Notes under the pieces: model-generated
What the model was told of the DNA's origin: nothing
The model's database searches: none
Seen by the model: the letters and a program-made list of their open reading frames with translations, nothing else
IMG/VR virus record: IMGVR_UViG_3300021411_000018
Coordinates: 1-28,945 of that record
Direction: 5' to 3' (one strand)
Length of the DNA: 28,945 nucleotides
Origin: a virus
Lineage: Duplodnaviria > Caudoviricetes
Program-made: the position numbers and the translations under genes
Shown: piece after piece, positions 1 through 7,973 of the stretch
Layout of the letters: every line of letters starts with the position of its first letter
Numbering within the stretch: the first letter of the stretch is position 1

Positions 1-1
1 C

Positions 2-226
2 AGCCCCGACCGCCTCCAAAAGGTGATCGATGTCCTGTACCGCTCTGCGGTCGGGACGGGTGATGTGGCGGCGGCGAAGCAGTTCCTTCTGTACGCCGAG
101 AAGCTGATGCCACCGAAGACGGTCCAGCGTGACGCCTCGGTGGCGCACATGACCGATGTCGAGCTGCGGGCCGAGGTCGAGGGGATTCTCGCTGGCGGGT
201 TCGGTGACGTGGACCCCGCCCCGTGA
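2..226 (+). CDS. Putative terminase small subunit, C-terminal part (5' truncated by window edge)
   Basis: Frame is open from position 2 (SPDRLQKVIDVLYRSAVGTGDVAAAKQFL...); helical; stop overlaps the TerL start (GTGA at 223-226). Assignment is mainly positional. Confidence 0.6.
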   Translation, partial: SPDRLQKVIDVLYRSAVGTGDVAAAKQFLLYAEKLMPPKTVQRDASVAHMTDVELRAEVEGILAGGFGDVDPAP

Positions 227-1116
227 ATCAACACACTCACACCGTTGAGGGTGATCGGGCACGGATCGAGGAGCTTCGTGCCGAGATGCTGTTTCGCATC
301 TACGCACGTGACGAGATCGCGTTCCTCGAAGACGTGTGGGCGATCGCCACACCCGCGAGCGGGAAGCAACTGTTCAAGCTGCGTGACTCGCAGCGCTACG
401 CGCTTAACCACTTCGAAACCAATAGGTATTCCCTCACGTTGAAGGCACGGCAGATCGGCTGGTCGACGCTGGTCGCTGCTCATGCTTTCTATTCAGCGTT
501 CTTTGGTGACGCTCGCGAAATCATCTTTCTGTCGAGGGGTGAACGTGAAGCTACCCAGTTGATGACGAAGGTTAAGTACGGGTTCAAACATTTGCCTCAG
601 TGGCTGCTCGATAAGGGTCCGAACGTCAGAGCTGACCATCAACAAAGGATGATGTTTGATAATGGGTCGAGCATTGTATCTATGCCTTCCGCCAGCGATC
701 CCGCCCGAGGCTCTACAGCGTGGCTTGTGGTGGTGGATGAATGGGGGTTCCTCCCCAACGCTGAGGAAGCCTGGTCCTCGATCGAACCTGTGGCGGACAT
801 CGGCGGTCGAATCATTGGTCTGAGTACCGCTAACGGTGTCGGCAACTTCTTTCATCAACTGTGGGTTGATGCGGAGAACGGGCACAACAACTTCCAGACA
901 ATGTTTTTCCCGTGGTCAGCGAACGAGGACCGTGACGCTGACTGGTATGAGTCTAAGCGGGCGTCGATGTCTGAATGGCAGCTCGCCCAGGAGTACCCGA
1001 CGTCGGTAAACGACGCGTTCATCAAGTCGGGTCGCCCCTACTTTGATCTCACAACGATTCAGCGCAGGTCGGTTGATGTGAAGCCACCGAAGACAGGTCA
1101 TCTAGTCGCAGCCTAA
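223..1116 (+). CDS. terL: Terminase large subunit, N-terminal ATPase domain (split gene, part 1)
   Basis: Walker A region LKARQIGWST, Walker B LVVVDEWGF, coupling motif GLSTANG, QEYP motif; ends at TAA before any nuclease domain. Confidence 0.92.
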   Translation: MNQHTHTVEGDRARIEELRAEMLFRIYARDEIAFLEDVWAIATPASGKQLFKLRDSQRYALNHFETNRYSLTLKARQIGWSTLVAAHAFYSAFFGDAREIIFLSRGEREATQLMTKVKYGFKHLPQWLLDKGPNVRADHQQRMMFDNGSSIVSMPSASDPARGSTAWLVVVDEWGFLPNAEEAWSSIEPVADIGGRIIGLSTANGVGNFFHQLWVDAENGHNNFQTMFFPWSANEDRDADWYESKRASMSEWQLAQEYPTSVNDAFIKSGRPYFDLTTIQRRSVDVKPPKTGHLVAA

Positions 1117-1130
1117 GAAGGTGAAGTGAT

Positions 1131-1238
1131 ATGAACAATCTACTCGCACACGCCGATGGGGTTCCGCATAGCTTCTGGTGGATGATCATTGCGCTTGTAG
1201 CGATCGTGGTCGTGTTGAAGGTACTCGACCGCATCTAA
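1131..1238 (+). CDS. 35-aa single-pass membrane micro-protein between the two terL halves
   Basis: Hand translation MNNLLAHADGVPHSFWWMIIALVAIVVVLKVLDRI*; SD-like AAGAAGGTGA at 1115-1124; hydrophobic core FWWMIIALVAIVVVL; below the ORF-track length cut-off. Confidence 0.65.
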   Translation: MNNLLAHADGVPHSFWWMIIALVAIVVVLKVLDRI

Positions 1239-1256
1239 CTTCAAAGTAGATCGGTA

Positions 1257-1964
1257 ATGATACGTTTTGAAGTGAACGAGGGCGCCAAGTCGCCTGTGCA
1301 GATTTGGGCGATGCCCGATCCCACCCACAGGTACTGCATGGGTGCTGACGTCGCTGAGGGCCTGGACCACGGCGACTACAGCGACGCCTCTGTCCTTGAT
1401 GCGAACACAGGCGAACTGGTCGCCAAGTGGCACGGACACATCCCGCCACGTGAGTTCGCTGGTCAGCTCGACATGCTCGGTCGCTTCTACAACACGGCGC
1501 TACTCGGTTGCGAAGCGAACAACCATGGCCTCTCCACGATCGACGCTCTCAGGGATCTGCGTTACCCGAGGCTCTATCGCAGGCGTACGTACGGGGAGAC
1601 GCACAAGAAGCCGACGCTCAAGTGGGGTTGGTACACGGACCGCAGAACGAAACCGTTGATGATCGACGGGTTGGATCAGGCGATGCGTGACGACGCGATC
1701 ATCATCTACGACAGGCACACGTTCGGGGAGCTGCGCACGTACATCCGTGACGAGAAGGGCCAGCTCCATGGTTCACCACATGATGACCGTGTGATCAGTT
1801 TGGCGATTGCGGTGCAGATGTTGGAGTACGTCAACTCAAGCGAGATTGATGTGTTCGAGATCCGTGATGATCGTGGGACGTTCGATTGGTGGCTCAGGAA
1901 GGCGAGCGAGGCGGACGATCCTGAGGTTCATCCGATTGGTTTCCACCAGCGCCGACAGCCATAA
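1257..1964 (+). CDS. terL: Terminase large subunit, C-terminal RNase H-like nuclease domain (split gene, part 2)
   Basis: YCMGADVAEGLDHGDYS (first catalytic Asp), CEANNHG, GWYT, HDDRVISLAIA (last catalytic Asp) are typical of TerL nuclease domains. Confidence 0.9.
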   Translation: MIRFEVNEGAKSPVQIWAMPDPTHRYCMGADVAEGLDHGDYSDASVLDANTGELVAKWHGHIPPREFAGQLDMLGRFYNTALLGCEANNHGLSTIDALRDLRYPRLYRRRTYGETHKKPTLKWGWYTDRRTKPLMIDGLDQAMRDDAIIIYDRHTFGELRTYIRDEKGQLHGSPHDDRVISLAIAVQMLEYVNSSEIDVFEIRDDRGTFDWWLRKASEADDPEVHPIGFHQRRQP

Positions 1965-2103
1965 CAGCGCACCAGCCTGCGAACAGGAAGACACCGACCC
2001 CTTGGGCGTCGGTGAGGTTCACGTCAGGGTGGATCTGGTTGGCCAGGATAACGATGCACGCGGCAGCGAAGCCGACCGTGAACAGGAACTTGATTGCTCG
2101 CAT
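1894..2103 (-). CDS. Putative two-TM membrane protein, antisense to the late operon (start 2103 or 2115)
   Basis: MRAIKFLFTVGFAAACIVILA...GVGVFLFAGWCAVMAVGAG has two clear hydrophobic segments; overlaps the terL 3' end by 71 nt. Confidence 0.45.
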   Translation of the reverse strand: MRAIKFLFTVGFAAACIVILANQIHPDVNLTDAQGVGVFLFAGWCAVMAVGAGGNQSDEPQDRPPRSPS

Positions 2104-2194
2104 GTATTGCTCCAACTGTGAGAGGTGGTTTGACCCGATCAGGTGCCGTTGGCGGTGTCCTCACTGCGGGTGGAAGGAACACTGCTGCGGTTAG
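2102..2194 (+). CDS. 30-aa Cys-rich zinc-ribbon micro-protein
   Basis: MYCSNCERWFDPIRCRWRCPHCGWKEHCCG: CxxC...CPHCG...CC pattern; ATG at 2102 within track ORF 2012..2194. Confidence 0.6.
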   Translation: MYCSNCERWFDPIRCRWRCPHCGWKEHCCG

Positions 2195-2234
2195 CAAGTG
2201 CGGCGTCGATGTACCTTTCCATCGGGTCGTACGC

Positions 2235-2402
2235 TCAATGGGCCACGCCCTCGATGTCGTAGCGCACGAGCCTGATGCGGTGATCTCCCTCCGTCCATGA
2301 GATCTTCCAGATCTCGGGATCTTGTTCGGCCGCTTCGAATGCTTCCTTCAACGAGCTGACTCGTGGCAGGTCGCCTTCGTGTGTCCGTAGCTGTATCTCC
2401 AT
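2235..2402 (-). CDS. Hypothetical protein, antisense to the late operon (start 2402 or 2423)
   Basis: MEIQLRTHEGDLPRVSSLKEAFEAAEQDPEIWKISWTEGDHRIRLVRY has globular-like composition and fills an otherwise empty gap. Confidence 0.55.
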   Translation of the reverse strand: MEIQLRTHEGDLPRVSSLKEAFEAAEQDPEIWKISWTEGDHRIRLVRYDIEGVAH

Positions 2403-2416
2403 CGGAGCGACCCTAG

Positions 2417-2440
2417 TGGACATCCCTGCCTCTCAGTAGA
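2417..2440 (+). promoter_or_regulatory. Candidate late promoter motif copy 1 (TGGACA-N13-GTAGA)
   Basis: tggaca tccctgcctctca gtaga; precedes the 2465/2753/portal genes. Confidence 0.55.
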
Positions 2441-2464
2441 GATGCATCGCACTGGGAGTCCTCG

Positions 2465-2749
2465 ATGAACAAGGGTTCGTACAACAGCTCGGGTGAGGGC
2501 GCCAAGCCGTCGCTCGGCCTCAAGTCCTCGGCCAGCGGTTTCGCGCGGCCAGGTAAGCGAGCGGTGAAGAGCGCAGCCGCAGCTCCCGTCGCGTCGGCGA
2601 ACGGTAAGACGCCGCGTCCTGGCTACCCGCAGAAGGTACCGAAGGTAGCCGCTGGCCGCGGGTCTATTGCACGTCCAGGAGGCAACGAAGGGATCAGCGG
2701 GCGAGGGAACGCTTCGACTGGTTCGAGCCGCCCCAAGACCACGGGTTGA
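2465..2749 (+). CDS. Small basic G/S/A/K/R/P-rich protein (disordered; possibly DNA-associated in the virion)
   Basis: GGGAG SD upstream of ATG; 94 aa, strongly basic and low complexity; in register with the downstream genes. Confidence 0.65.
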   Translation: MNKGSYNSSGEGAKPSLGLKSSASGFARPGKRAVKSAAAAPVASANGKTPRPGYPQKVPKVAAGRGSIARPGGNEGISGRGNASTGSSRPKTTG

Positions 2750-2752
2750 CCG

Positions 2753-2968
2753 ATGGTCGAATGGCTGCACACGGAGTGTGCGGACGATCCGCACCCGTGC
2801 TTTGCGTGCAAATCGAGGTATTGGCGCAAGCACGGGATGAGCCTTTCCGTGCCGCAGACGTGGTCTGACGGTCCCACGGGCCGTGAGCAGGAGTATGAGG
2901 CTCGCACGCAGGCGGAAGCGTCGGGTCGTCCGTTCGACCTTGCAGACGACAAGTACAAGCATTGGTGA
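2753..2968 (+). CDS. Hypothetical protein with H/C metal-binding motif, pre-portal
   Basis: HTEC...CFAC; 3-nt spacing to both neighbours. Confidence 0.7.
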   Translation: MVEWLHTECADDPHPCFACKSRYWRKHGMSLSVPQTWSDGPTGREQEYEARTQAEASGRPFDLADDKYKHW

Positions 2969-2971
2969 TTT

Positions 2972-4879
2972 GTGCCCCGTGAGTCGAAGCAGAAGGCGCT
3001 AGACCGCTACCGAGGGCTTGTCGATAACGCCATCAGGTTCCGTGACGAAGAAGGTTACGACGATCTGTGGTGGCGCATGATCGACATGTACCGAGGGAAG
3101 CATGTCGTTGAACTGACCCGTGAGGATCGCATCACGGTCAATATCAGCTTCGGCACCATCAACGTTATCTATCCCTCGGTGTCCGTGAACTATCCGAAGA
3201 TCACGGTTAACCCGAACGAGCCTGAGAACGAAGACCCAGCGGTCATCATTGAAGCTCTCGTGAACTGGCAGTGGAAGCACTACGAGTTCCAGCCCGAGTT
3301 CCGTGAAGCCGTGAAGGATTGGCTACTGCTCGGTCACGGCTGGGTGAAGGTCGGGTACATCTACCAGGAGAAGCCTGTACCGCTCACCGCTGACGAGATG
3401 GATGAGCAGTACGAGGTTCAGGTCGCTGAGGCGGACGATTACGCGGCATCGAACCCCGAGATGGCCGCGGAGCTCCCCACGGATGAAGAGATCCGTGAGC
3501 ATCTGACTGACACGCAGATGGTCGCAATGCAGGATCAGCCGTTCGTGGAACGGGTCAGTCCGTTTGACATGTACGTCGATCCCGCCGCTACCCGTTTGCA
3601 GGACGCCCGTTGGATTGCTCAACGGATTGTCCGTCCTCTTGCTGAGGTGCGTGCCGACAAGGATTACAAGAAGTCGGTTCGTGAATCGGTCAAGGGCGAC
3701 ATGCAGTCGTACACGCAGCGCGACGACAAGCAGTGGCGCCGCAAAGAGAACCTGAACAACCCTGAGCAGGAGTACTGCACGATCTGGGAGTTCTACGACC
3801 TCGGCGGACAGACCATGTGTGTGTGGGCTGAGGGCGCCGATCAGTACCTGGTCGACGCGCACGAGCTGCCGTTTGCGTTCGGTCACCCGTACGTGATGCT
3901 CCGCAACTACGACGTGCCCGAGTACTTCTACCCGATGGGTGATCTTGAATCTATCGAGTCGCTGCAATCTGAGCTGAACAAGACCCGTTCACAGATGATG
4001 CAGGCTCGTAAGAAGTTTGCTCGCAAGTACCTGTACAAGGAATCGGCTTTCGACAAGTCGGGCCGCGAGGCTCTTGAGTCGGACGTCGACAACACGTTTG
4101 TGCCTGTGTCTGATGAGGGCACGCCGTTTGTTGATCTTGTGCAGCCGTTGCAGCAGGTCCCCGTACCTCCCGAGATCTACAACTACACGTCAGTGATCGA
4201 ACAGGACATCGCGACCGTGACGGGCGTGTCCGAGTACCAGCGTGGTCAGACATCGGAGACACGTCGTACCGCTACGGAAGCGGCGATCATTTCCGATTCG
4301 ATCAGTGCTCGTGCTGCTGACAAGTTGGCCGTGATCGAGAACACGTTGTCGCTTGTCGCTCGCCGTGTTGTACAGGTCACTCAACAGTTCACTACGGGCG
4401 AGCAGGTGTTCAGGGTTGTTGGCGCCGACGGGGCGATGATTTGGGTTCCGTGGAGCCGCGAGGAAATCCAAGGCGAATACGACTTCGAGATCGAGGCTGG
4501 TTCTACTCAGCCGATGAACGAGACGGTCAGACGTCAAACGGCGGTTGCCGTGTCGCAGGCGATGGCGCCGTTCATCCAAATGGGTGTCGTTGACCCGATG
4601 GCGCTGGCTCGCTACATGCTGCAATTTGGTTTCGGCATTAAGAACCCCGAGAAGTTCTTGACACAACCAATGCCGATGATGGGACCCGAAGGGATGCCTC
4701 CCGAGGGCATGCCACCTGACGGTTCGATGCCTGGTGTTGGCGGCGGTCAGGGTCCACCTATGGGCAGTGGCTACATCGACAGCGAGACAGGCAATACCGC
4801 TAACCAAGAACTTGAGCAGATCCCGCCCGAGCTGCGTCAGCAGTTGTTCGGGCAGGTCGGCCTCGCTAACCCGAGTTAA
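2972..4879 (+). CDS. Portal protein (P22/podovirus-like)
   Basis: 635 aa after the terminase; LLGHGWVKVG, ERVSPFDMYVDP, TGVSEYQRG, TATEA, IQGEYDFEIEAGST; M/P/G-rich disordered tail. Confidence 0.88.
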   Translation: MPRESKQKALDRYRGLVDNAIRFRDEEGYDDLWWRMIDMYRGKHVVELTREDRITVNISFGTINVIYPSVSVNYPKITVNPNEPENEDPAVIIEALVNWQWKHYEFQPEFREAVKDWLLLGHGWVKVGYIYQEKPVPLTADEMDEQYEVQVAEADDYAASNPEMAAELPTDEEIREHLTDTQMVAMQDQPFVERVSPFDMYVDPAATRLQDARWIAQRIVRPLAEVRADKDYKKSVRESVKGDMQSYTQRDDKQWRRKENLNNPEQEYCTIWEFYDLGGQTMCVWAEGADQYLVDAHELPFAFGHPYVMLRNYDVPEYFYPMGDLESIESLQSELNKTRSQMMQARKKFARKYLYKESAFDKSGREALESDVDNTFVPVSDEGTPFVDLVQPLQQVPVPPEIYNYTSVIEQDIATVTGVSEYQRGQTSETRRTATEAAIISDSISARAADKLAVIENTLSLVARRVVQVTQQFTTGEQVFRVVGADGAMIWVPWSREEIQGEYDFEIEAGSTQPMNETVRRQTAVAVSQAMAPFIQMGVVDPMALARYMLQFGFGIKNPEKFLTQPMPMMGPEGMPPEGMPPDGSMPGVGGGQGPPMGSGYIDSETGNTANQELEQIPPELRQQLFGQVGLANPS

Positions 4880-4888
4880 GGCGAAGCA

Positions 4889-5908
4889 ATGGCAGTTGAT
4901 CAGCAAGACCTTTTGAACCGCGATTTCGAATACTTCGGTGACCTGAGAAGCGAATGGGCACCTGATACGTCCGCCCCGTCTACGGCGTGGGATGCGTATG
5001 ACACTCGCATGGTGGCGACGTCCTCGACGCCTGCTGTAACTCTGACTCCATCGGTTGAGGCTGACCCTGGTTCTTCGAGCACCTTCAACCTGATGAAGGT
5101 GACGTCAAGTGCGGGCGGCGACGACGCCCATCGCGAATGGTTCCTACGCTCCGACAAGCGATTCCAGTACAGCGAGATCCGCAGTGTCATCTACGGGCAT
5201 GGCACGTGGGCTAGCGCCGCGAACTTCACCCAGCAGGGACACGTCCATAGAGCGCAACGCTACGGGTCTGGTCACATGCGGGCGTTTGTTGCGTGGCATG
5301 ACGTCATCTTCGGGCTGCCAACTATTACGAACGTCGGCCTGTGGGAAGCCAACGGCGCTAGCACGCTGAACCTCCACTTCGTCAACGCCAACCTCTCAAT
5401 CTCGCCAGTACCTGAGCGGGCTGTGACGCACAGCAGCCGAACCTCGAACGTCGTAACAATCCACGTGCCTGGTCGGCATCGCATCAGCGTCAACGACCAC
5501 CTTGACACTGTCCTTCCTGGCGGTGATCTCGGAGCCACGAACGTGACCGTGACGGGTGTAGCTGGACCTGCGATCACCTACGCCGACACTGGCACCGACG
5601 CGACGAACGGTGGTGGTGGTTCGGTGCGGAAGCACAGTGCGGACAACCCTTACCAGCTGCTGAGCAACTTCCCCTATGTGTTCGCTTCGCGACTGCTTCC
5701 TAACGACACCTTCCAAGCCAAGATGTATCGAGTTGATGACCCCGAGCCGCCGTGGAGCGCTGGCGTCACGTACTCGACTGCGAGCTTTGCACCAGTCGAC
5801 CACCACCCTACGGGGCCTGGCTTCAGCGGTGTCCTCGTCGGTCACATGGGTAACTCTGAGTCGGTCAGGTTCGGTCTTCCTGTCATCCGTCAACTGGGAC
5901 CCTCATAA
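4889..5908 (+). CDS. Beta-rich virion-associated protein (possible head fibre/decoration)
   Basis: 339 aa, T/S/V/G-rich, between portal and scaffold; segment SRTSNVVTI...HRISVND...NVTVTGV...ITY resembles small beta-barrel inserts of phage fibre proteins. Confidence 0.55.
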   Translation: MAVDQQDLLNRDFEYFGDLRSEWAPDTSAPSTAWDAYDTRMVATSSTPAVTLTPSVEADPGSSSTFNLMKVTSSAGGDDAHREWFLRSDKRFQYSEIRSVIYGHGTWASAANFTQQGHVHRAQRYGSGHMRAFVAWHDVIFGLPTITNVGLWEANGASTLNLHFVNANLSISPVPERAVTHSSRTSNVVTIHVPGRHRISVNDHLDTVLPGGDLGATNVTVTGVAGPAITYADTGTDATNGGGGSVRKHSADNPYQLLSNFPYVFASRLLPNDTFQAKMYRVDDPEPPWSAGVTYSTASFAPVDHHPTGPGFSGVLVGHMGNSESVRFGLPVIRQLGPS

Positions 5909-5915
5909 GCCCTGG

Positions 5916-5940
5916 TGGACAGTCTTGACGTCTAAGTAGA
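5916..5940 (+). promoter_or_regulatory. Candidate late promoter motif copy 2 (TGGACA-N14-GTAGA)
   Basis: tggaca gtcttgacgtctaa gtaga; in the gap before scaffold and capsid. Confidence 0.55.
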
Positions 5941-5963
5941 AGAGCAACCATCTACTTGGACTC
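5930..5963 (+). promoter_or_regulatory. Structured leader of the scaffold gene
   Basis: gtctaagtaga (5930-5940) pairs with tctacttggac (5951-5961): 11 bp with one G-U and a 10-nt loop; directly before GGAG and ATG 5971. Confidence 0.45.
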
Positions 5964-5970
5964 GGAGACA

Positions 5971-6714
5971 ATGACAGTAATTGAGAACGAGGCTCCTAGC
6001 GGAACCCCCGACGAAGGCAACGCCTTTGAGGGTGACACTCCTGCTGAGCCTGTTGAGGCAGTTCCAGCGGAACCAACAGCTTCGGACGGCGAGCTTTACA
6101 CGATAAAGGTCGACGGCCAGGAGCAACAGGTCACCCTCGAAGAGCTGCAAAGCGGCCACATGCGTCAGCAGGATTACACCCGCAAGACGCAGGAAGTGGC
6201 CGAGATGCGTAAGCGGTTGCAGTCCGCCGAAGCTCTCGCCTCCGCACTGGACAAGGACCCTGTCGGAACCTTGCAGGCCCTCAACGAGCACTTCAACGTG
6301 CCTTCGGATGATGGCGCCGATTGGGATGACATGGACCCCCAGGAACAGCGGATGACGAGGCTTGAGCACGAGCTGCGAAACATGCGAGCGCGTGATGCCC
6401 AATCGACTATCGATTCGGAGTTCCGTCAGCTTGAAGAAGCTTACGGTGAAGTCGACCGTGCTGACGTGGCGAACTACGCCATCCGTCACGGCATTGACGT
6501 TCCGACCGCGTATCGGGCAATGCACTTCGACAACCTGCGAGCCGAACATCAGAGGCTCGCTCAGGAAGCGAAGGTCGTTGGTCAGAAGCGGAGCGGTCAG
6601 CTCCCCACTGCTCAGAGTGGCGCCCAGCGGGGCGCCGTTACTCCTGCAACCAGCGGGAAGCTGATGAATATCCGAGAGTCGTATCGGGCTGCCCTCAAAC
6701 AGGCGGGGATGTAA
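5971..6714 (+). CDS. Capsid scaffolding protein
   Basis: Acidic disordered N-terminus, YTIKVDGQEQQVTLEEL..G..RQQDYTRKTQE motif typical of podovirus scaffolds, coiled coil; directly upstream of the capsid gene. ATG 5971 preferred over TTG 5956. Confidence 0.85.
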   Translation: MTVIENEAPSGTPDEGNAFEGDTPAEPVEAVPAEPTASDGELYTIKVDGQEQQVTLEELQSGHMRQQDYTRKTQEVAEMRKRLQSAEALASALDKDPVGTLQALNEHFNVPSDDGADWDDMDPQEQRMTRLEHELRNMRARDAQSTIDSEFRQLEEAYGEVDRADVANYAIRHGIDVPTAYRAMHFDNLRAEHQRLAQEAKVVGQKRSGQLPTAQSGAQRGAVTPATSGKLMNIRESYRAALKQAGM

Positions 6715-6746
6715 CCCCGAATTTAGCAGCTTGGAGTTAACGCGAG

Positions 6747-7679
6747 ATGGCTCTGCCTCTTGACACGATTCTCGCTACCACTTTGGCGAACTACCTGCCG
6801 AAGCTCGAAGACAACATCTTCTCGGCTCGGCCTCTGGTCTTCTTCCTCAAGGAAGCGGGCCAGGTTCGCACGATCAGTGGTGGCACCCGAATTCAGCTTC
6901 CCCTCATCTATGCGGTGAACGGAACTGCTGGTTCGTATGCGGGGTACGACGCTATCCCGACGACCCCGCAGGACGGCCTTGGTGCGTCTGGTTACGACTG
7001 GAAGCAGTACGCCGTCTCTATCTCGATCAGCGGTATCGAGGAAGCGATCAACAACGGCGAAGAGGAGGTTATCGACCTTCTCGAAGCAAAGATCATGCAG
7101 GCCGAGGAAACCACCTATGAGCTGATGGACGACATGTTCTTCGGTGACGGCACTGGCAACGGTGGCAAGGACTGGAACGGCCTCGGAAACCTGGTCAACC
7201 AGAACTCCACGACCGTTGGTGACATCGACCCTGCCGCGAACGCTTGGTGGCAGTCCTATCGGGAGACGACCGCTGAGGTTCTGTCTCTCGCCAAGATGAC
7301 CACCGCGTACAACACGGTGTCGGTTGGTAACGACAAGCCGAACGTGATCCTCACCACGCAGACGCTCTTTGAGAAGTACGAGAGCCTTCTGCAGCCGCAG
7401 GCTCGTTATACCGACATGAAGACCGCTGATGCGGGTTTCCAGAACCTTCTGTTCAAGGGAACCCCGATGACGTACGACAGCTATTGCGATACGGGACTTA
7501 TGTACTTTTTGAATAGCAAGTACATTCGTTTGGTCGGACATAAAAACGCCTGGTGGAAGCCCACCCCGTTTATTCGTCCCGAGAACCAGGATGCTCGTTA
7601 TGCGCAGATCCTGACCTACGGGAACCTCACCATCAGCAACCGTAAGCGTCAGGGTGTCCTGACCGCTAAGACCGCTTAG
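6747..7679 (+). CDS. Major capsid protein (HK97 fold inferred)
   Basis: 310 aa after the scaffold; GGAG SD; LEDNIF..RPL, ISISGIEE..N.G, DGTGNGGKD..GL, AGFQNL.FKG.P..YD, YGNLT.SNR..QG patterns of phage capsid proteins; strongly biased codon use. Confidence 0.88.
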   Translation: MALPLDTILATTLANYLPKLEDNIFSARPLVFFLKEAGQVRTISGGTRIQLPLIYAVNGTAGSYAGYDAIPTTPQDGLGASGYDWKQYAVSISISGIEEAINNGEEEVIDLLEAKIMQAEETTYELMDDMFFGDGTGNGGKDWNGLGNLVNQNSTTVGDIDPAANAWWQSYRETTAEVLSLAKMTTAYNTVSVGNDKPNVILTTQTLFEKYESLLQPQARYTDMKTADAGFQNLLFKGTPMTYDSYCDTGLMYFLNSKYIRLVGHKNAWWKPTPFIRPENQDARYAQILTYGNLTISNRKRQGVLTAKTA

Positions 7680-7687
7680 GAGTACTG

Positions 7688-7921
7688 ATGGCTGATATCA
7701 CGAAGAGTCCTGTTCATTGGCTTGAAACCGTCGTTCTAGGCGATCCCGCGAACGTTGCTCTCTTGACCGACAACACGGGCGGAACCGCTTCCGACACCCT
7801 TGCCGATGTAGCTGGCACCTATGCGGAAGCCACTTTGGCGAACCAGCTCGCGAGCCTTACGGCAAAGATCAACGCGATCCTTACCGTGATGCATGCAAAG
7901 AACCTGCTGGACGCCAGCTAA
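7688..7921 (+). CDS. Small head decoration/fibre-like protein
   Basis: AGGAG SD; C-terminal amphipathic helix LASLTAKINAILTVMHAKNLL like short trimeric head fibres; follows the capsid gene. Confidence 0.6.
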   Translation: MADITKSPVHWLETVVLGDPANVALLTDNTGGTASDTLADVAGTYAEATLANQLASLTAKINAILTVMHAKNLLDAS

Positions 7922-7932
7922 CCCAACGAGAG

Positions 7933-7956
7933 GGGGACGGCGGTCGCGCCGTCCCC
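7933..7956 (+). terminator. GC-rich stem-loop (terminator/attenuator without U-tract)
   Basis: ggggacggcg-gtcg-cgccgtcccc: perfect 10-bp stem with 4-nt loop, after the capsid/decoration genes. Confidence 0.65.
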
Positions 7957-7973
7957 GACTTGAGAGGACCCGT

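Noticed and set aside
1117-1256. Group I/II intron or intein explaining the terL interruption
   Set aside because: Only 140 nt; no recognisable catalytic core, homing endonuclease or intein C/S...HN termini; the gap is occupied by a plausible micro-ORF.
223-1964. terL as a pseudogene
   Set aside because: Both halves keep all catalytic motifs with no further stops or frameshifts, and the break falls at the domain boundary.
1278-2506. 12-nt direct repeat GAGGGCGCCAAG at 1278-1289 and 2495-2506
   Set aside because: Only two copies, GC-rich and both in coding sequence (EGAK); compatible with chance in 29 kb.
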